Assembly (NCBI GenBank): GCA_041178185.1
Contig: JBEGVS010000050.1
Span: forward strand, 45,186-109,185
Length of the DNA stretch: 64,000 bases
Reading direction: 5' to 3'
Origin: Pseudomonadota bacterium
Lineage (GTDB): Bacteria > Bdellovibrionota_C > UBA2361 > OMII01
Both the position numbers and the translations under genes were made by a program. Position 1 is the stretch's first letter. Each line of letters opens with the position of its first letter. A model generated the notes under the pieces. That model was given only the letters and a program-made list of their open reading frames with translations. It searched no databases and was not told where the DNA came from. Positions 61,504-64,000 of this stretch are shown here, one piece after another.

Positions 61504-63198
61504 TTATCGGGATGAGTTTTTCCAGGAAATCCCAAGTCGCTTGAAAGCCTCAATGCCGTCCGTTCCCGAGGGCGTACCTGTGTTGTCAACCGGAGTCGTT
61601 TTAACCGCTATCTCTTGTATTGGAACTGCAAGGGAGAGTCCAAGCTCACCGAGAAGTCGGATGATAGCGAGGAATATCTCCTCCTTTCGCCGTTGCTCCT
61701 CGGCCCATGTTTGAAGGGTAAGGTTGAACTGAATAAGCACACCGAGGCTACTGGGATTGAACTCGTTAAAGTGCACCACGATAGAGTCCCGAACGCACAG
61801 AGGGTGCGACTCTAAAATCGCTCGTACTCCAGAACAGAGTGCCTCTAGTGATGAGGGCGGGGTCGATAGTGGGAGATTGAGAATGGTTTTTACCCTGACG
61901 GAGGTTCGAGCTCCCAGATTATCTACGTGTGAGGCGATAATCTTTGAGTTGGGGAGTGAGACAAGGGAGTTCTCAGGGGTCCGGATACGGGTCGAGCGGA
62001 GTCCGATGTGCTCGACGGTTCCGGTCAAGCCACCCATGGAGATGCTATCACCAACTCGGAACGGTTGATCGATCAGGATAGCGATAGCGCCGAAGATATT
62101 TTCTACGGTGTCCTTTGCGGCGAGAGCGAAGGCGAGACCTCCGAGTCCGAGTCCGGCGGCAAGTCCTGAAACGTTGACACCATGCGTCCACAATATCTGC
62201 GCCGCGCCGATAAGAAGGATGCAGAGCCAAGCTGCTTTCTCGACAAGGGGGTAGAGGATCTCCTCGGTGACAGAGGTTGCTTCGGCGGCGAATCGATTAA
62301 CGCGCGCCGTAAACATCGGGATGAGTCGAATCCCGAGTAGCATAATCGCTATGATTCGAACCGTTGAGATCCAGGTGATGACGAAGGTGTAGAAATCGAT
62401 CTCAAGGTCAAACGAGGAGAGAAAGAGTTGCAGCGCTGACGTAAAGACGATGACAAATATCGGCTTTCGGATCGAGGTGAATACCTCCTTTTGGTCTGCT
62501 GAGAAACGTGAAGGAAACACCTTAGAGAACACACGCTGAATCAAAAAGACAACCGTGTATTGGACCAAGAAGGTGGCTAAGAGGGTAAACGCGGCTGCTA
62601 ACCAGTGCCAATCCTCAAGGATAAAGGTCGTCCCCTTGAGTTGTTCGGGGATGTAGGAGCGAATGGTAAGCCAGGTAGCGGTGGTACCACCAAGCTTGCG
62701 CATCTCTTTCTTTGAGAGGTTGTGCTCGATCTCGCGAAAGATATCAGGCACGTCGTTAACGGTGGATCGACTAAATCGCCAGTTAGGACCACTTTGTTCA
62801 AGGTAGATACCGTAAGCATTTACATCCCCGATTTGAAGGGGCGATACCGCTGTTGAGGAGGATACCTTCGCTGGAGTTATCTCTTTGAAGGTTAGAATAG
62901 TATAGAGCTTAATGGCGATCTCCTTCGCTCGTTCGTCTCGTACGAGCTCCGGAAGATCGGATACATCCAATGCCTTAATGGCGCGATTAAGATCGGCATC
63001 TCCCTCAGCTGGGCGCATCGTCGCGAGGAAGTACGCGATCGTGGTTCGTGGTGAGCGGAGCTCCGGATCGGCTGTTCCAGTTTCGGAGGCGACCTCTGTC
63101 GGTTGGGGTGTAACGTCGGCTCGGGTCGTTGTTGCCGCGAGATACACGACCATGGCGGCGAGAGCGAGGATGCGAAGTGAGCGTTTCAAAAACAACAT
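61504..63198 (-). CDS. MscS-family mechanosensitive channel with periplasmic N-domain
   Basis: 'LRSPRTTIAYFL', 'GLGLGGLAFALAAKDTVENIFGAI..LIDQPFRVGD', 'IGLRSTRIRT'. Confidence 0.95.
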   Translation of the reverse strand: MLFLKRSLRILALAAMVVYLAATTTRADVTPQPTEVASETGTADPELRSPRTTIAYFLATMRPAEGDADLNRAIKALDVSDLPELVRDERAKEIAIKLYTILTFKEITPAKVSSSTAVSPLQIGDVNAYGIYLEQSGPNWRFSRSTVNDVPDIFREIEHNLSKKEMRKLGGTTATWLTIRSYIPEQLKGTTFILEDWHWLAAAFTLLATFLVQYTVVFLIQRVFSKVFPSRFSADQKEVFTSIRKPIFVIVFTSALQLFLSSFDLEIDFYTFVITWISTVRIIAIMLLGIRLIPMFTARVNRFAAEATSVTEEILYPLVEKAAWLCILLIGAAQILWTHGVNVSGLAAGLGLGGLAFALAAKDTVENIFGAIAILIDQPFRVGDSISMGGLTGTVEHIGLRSTRIRTPENSLVSLPNSKIIASHVDNLGARTSVRVKTILNLPLSTPPSSLEALCSGVRAILESHPLCVRDSIVVHFNEFNPSSLGVLIQFNLTLQTWAEEQRRKEEIFLAIIRLLGELGLSLAVPIQEIAVKTTPVDNTGTPSGTDGIEAFKRLGISWKNSSR

Positions 63199-63480
63199 GG
63201 TGAGTTGGATAGTCTATCGGATCTAATGTAATATCGACCAGTTAGCGGGAAGACATGAGGTGAACTCACAGTAGACGTTCTAAACTCCGGATTCTTCAAT
63301 AGGGGCGCGGTATTATTCCCGAATTAAAGCTCCCCTCCGCGTCTCGGGCGAATATCGAAGGGCCGACCATGTATATGGAGCCGAGATCTGAACCCATTCG
63401 TACCATATAGATGGCTGCGGACCAAAAGCTCATATTTTTAGCACCAAGAGCCGACCTCTCCCTCACGAGGAACGCACTCC

Positions 63481-64000
63481 ATGAGCCAGGGCCCGAAACA
63501 CACAGGTGATAAAGCGGTGAACGGCATAACTCATGCCCAAGGATCCGATAGCATACTCTCCTATCCCTCAAGCCTGAAGCCATGGGAGGATCGAACCCTT
63601 TCACCTGGAGTACGCCTTAAAGCGTATAAGGAATTCGTACTAGAAAAAGTCTCCGAGATCCTAGCTGCAGCCAACCTAGTGAGTGACGACCCAGCGAAGG
63701 TGTTAGAGATCCGCGACTCCCGCGCAGCGCAGTATTGGATGAAGGAGGCTACGGGGTTGAAAGGGCTTTCAGCAGAGGATTTCTGCAGTCAGATCTTTCT
63801 GCGCGAAATCCGAGAGCTCTTAGGTAAGAACTTCCTAGGCGCTGAAGAATGGCGCTCTGAAGATATCGATGTGGGAGAGGTCCCCCCGATCCCCGCTTCA
63901 ATCACCAGAAATCTCCTTGAGTCAGAGTGCCCATTTCATCCGGGAGAGAAGATTAAGGATACACACCTCTTGGTTCTCGTCCCGGAGACGGTGAATGGAG
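63481..64000 (+). CDS. Hypothetical protein running off the window end; N-terminal module paralogous to ORF 33643
   Basis: Not in the ORF track because no stop occurs in the window. GAGGA RBS, ATG 63481, translation MSQGPKH...SLKPWEDRTLSPGVRLKAYKEFVLEKV...GKNFLGAEEW...ECPFHPGEKIKDTHLLVLVPETVNG. Confidence 0.85.
   Translation, partial: MSQGPKHTGDKAVNGITHAQGSDSILSYPSSLKPWEDRTLSPGVRLKAYKEFVLEKVSEILAAANLVSDDPAKVLEIRDSRAAQYWMKEATGLKGLSAEDFCSQIFLREIRELLGKNFLGAEEWRSEDIDVGEVPPIPASITRNLLESECPFHPGEKIKDTHLLVLVPETVNG

Noticed and set aside
63296-63604. 102-aa minus-strand ORF
   Set aside because: Overlaps the better-supported plus-strand ORF starting at 63481

Overview
Bacterial chromosomal window, probably from a deltaproteobacterium/Bdellovibrionota-like organism (inferred from gene content). 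Core genes: type IV pilus pilN-pilO-pilQ followed by two unknown lipoproteins; accB-accC; SRP RNA-dnaX-ybaB-recR-tRNA-Asn; mutM; a K+-dependent membrane pyrophosphatase; ettA; hisS; nagB; argG; an MscS channel; a fimT-pilV-pilW-pilX minor-pilin operon directly downstream of an atypical flagellin; and an unusually large TadE-like protein. About 31.9-44.8 kb is an accessory stretch of orphans and toxin-antitoxin modules (a disrupted DUF4160-like/HTH pair and a HEPN/MNT pair). The most interesting signal is a three-member mix-and-match protein family (33643, 49048 and an ORF at 63481 that is missing from the ORF track). One member ends in an NNC-codon-rich segment followed by a hairpin, resembling a diversity-generating retroelement (DGR) variable region. 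I saw no reverse transcriptase, template repeat, transposase, integrase, rRNA or CRISPR array. All family calls come from recognising motifs by eye, not from database searches.
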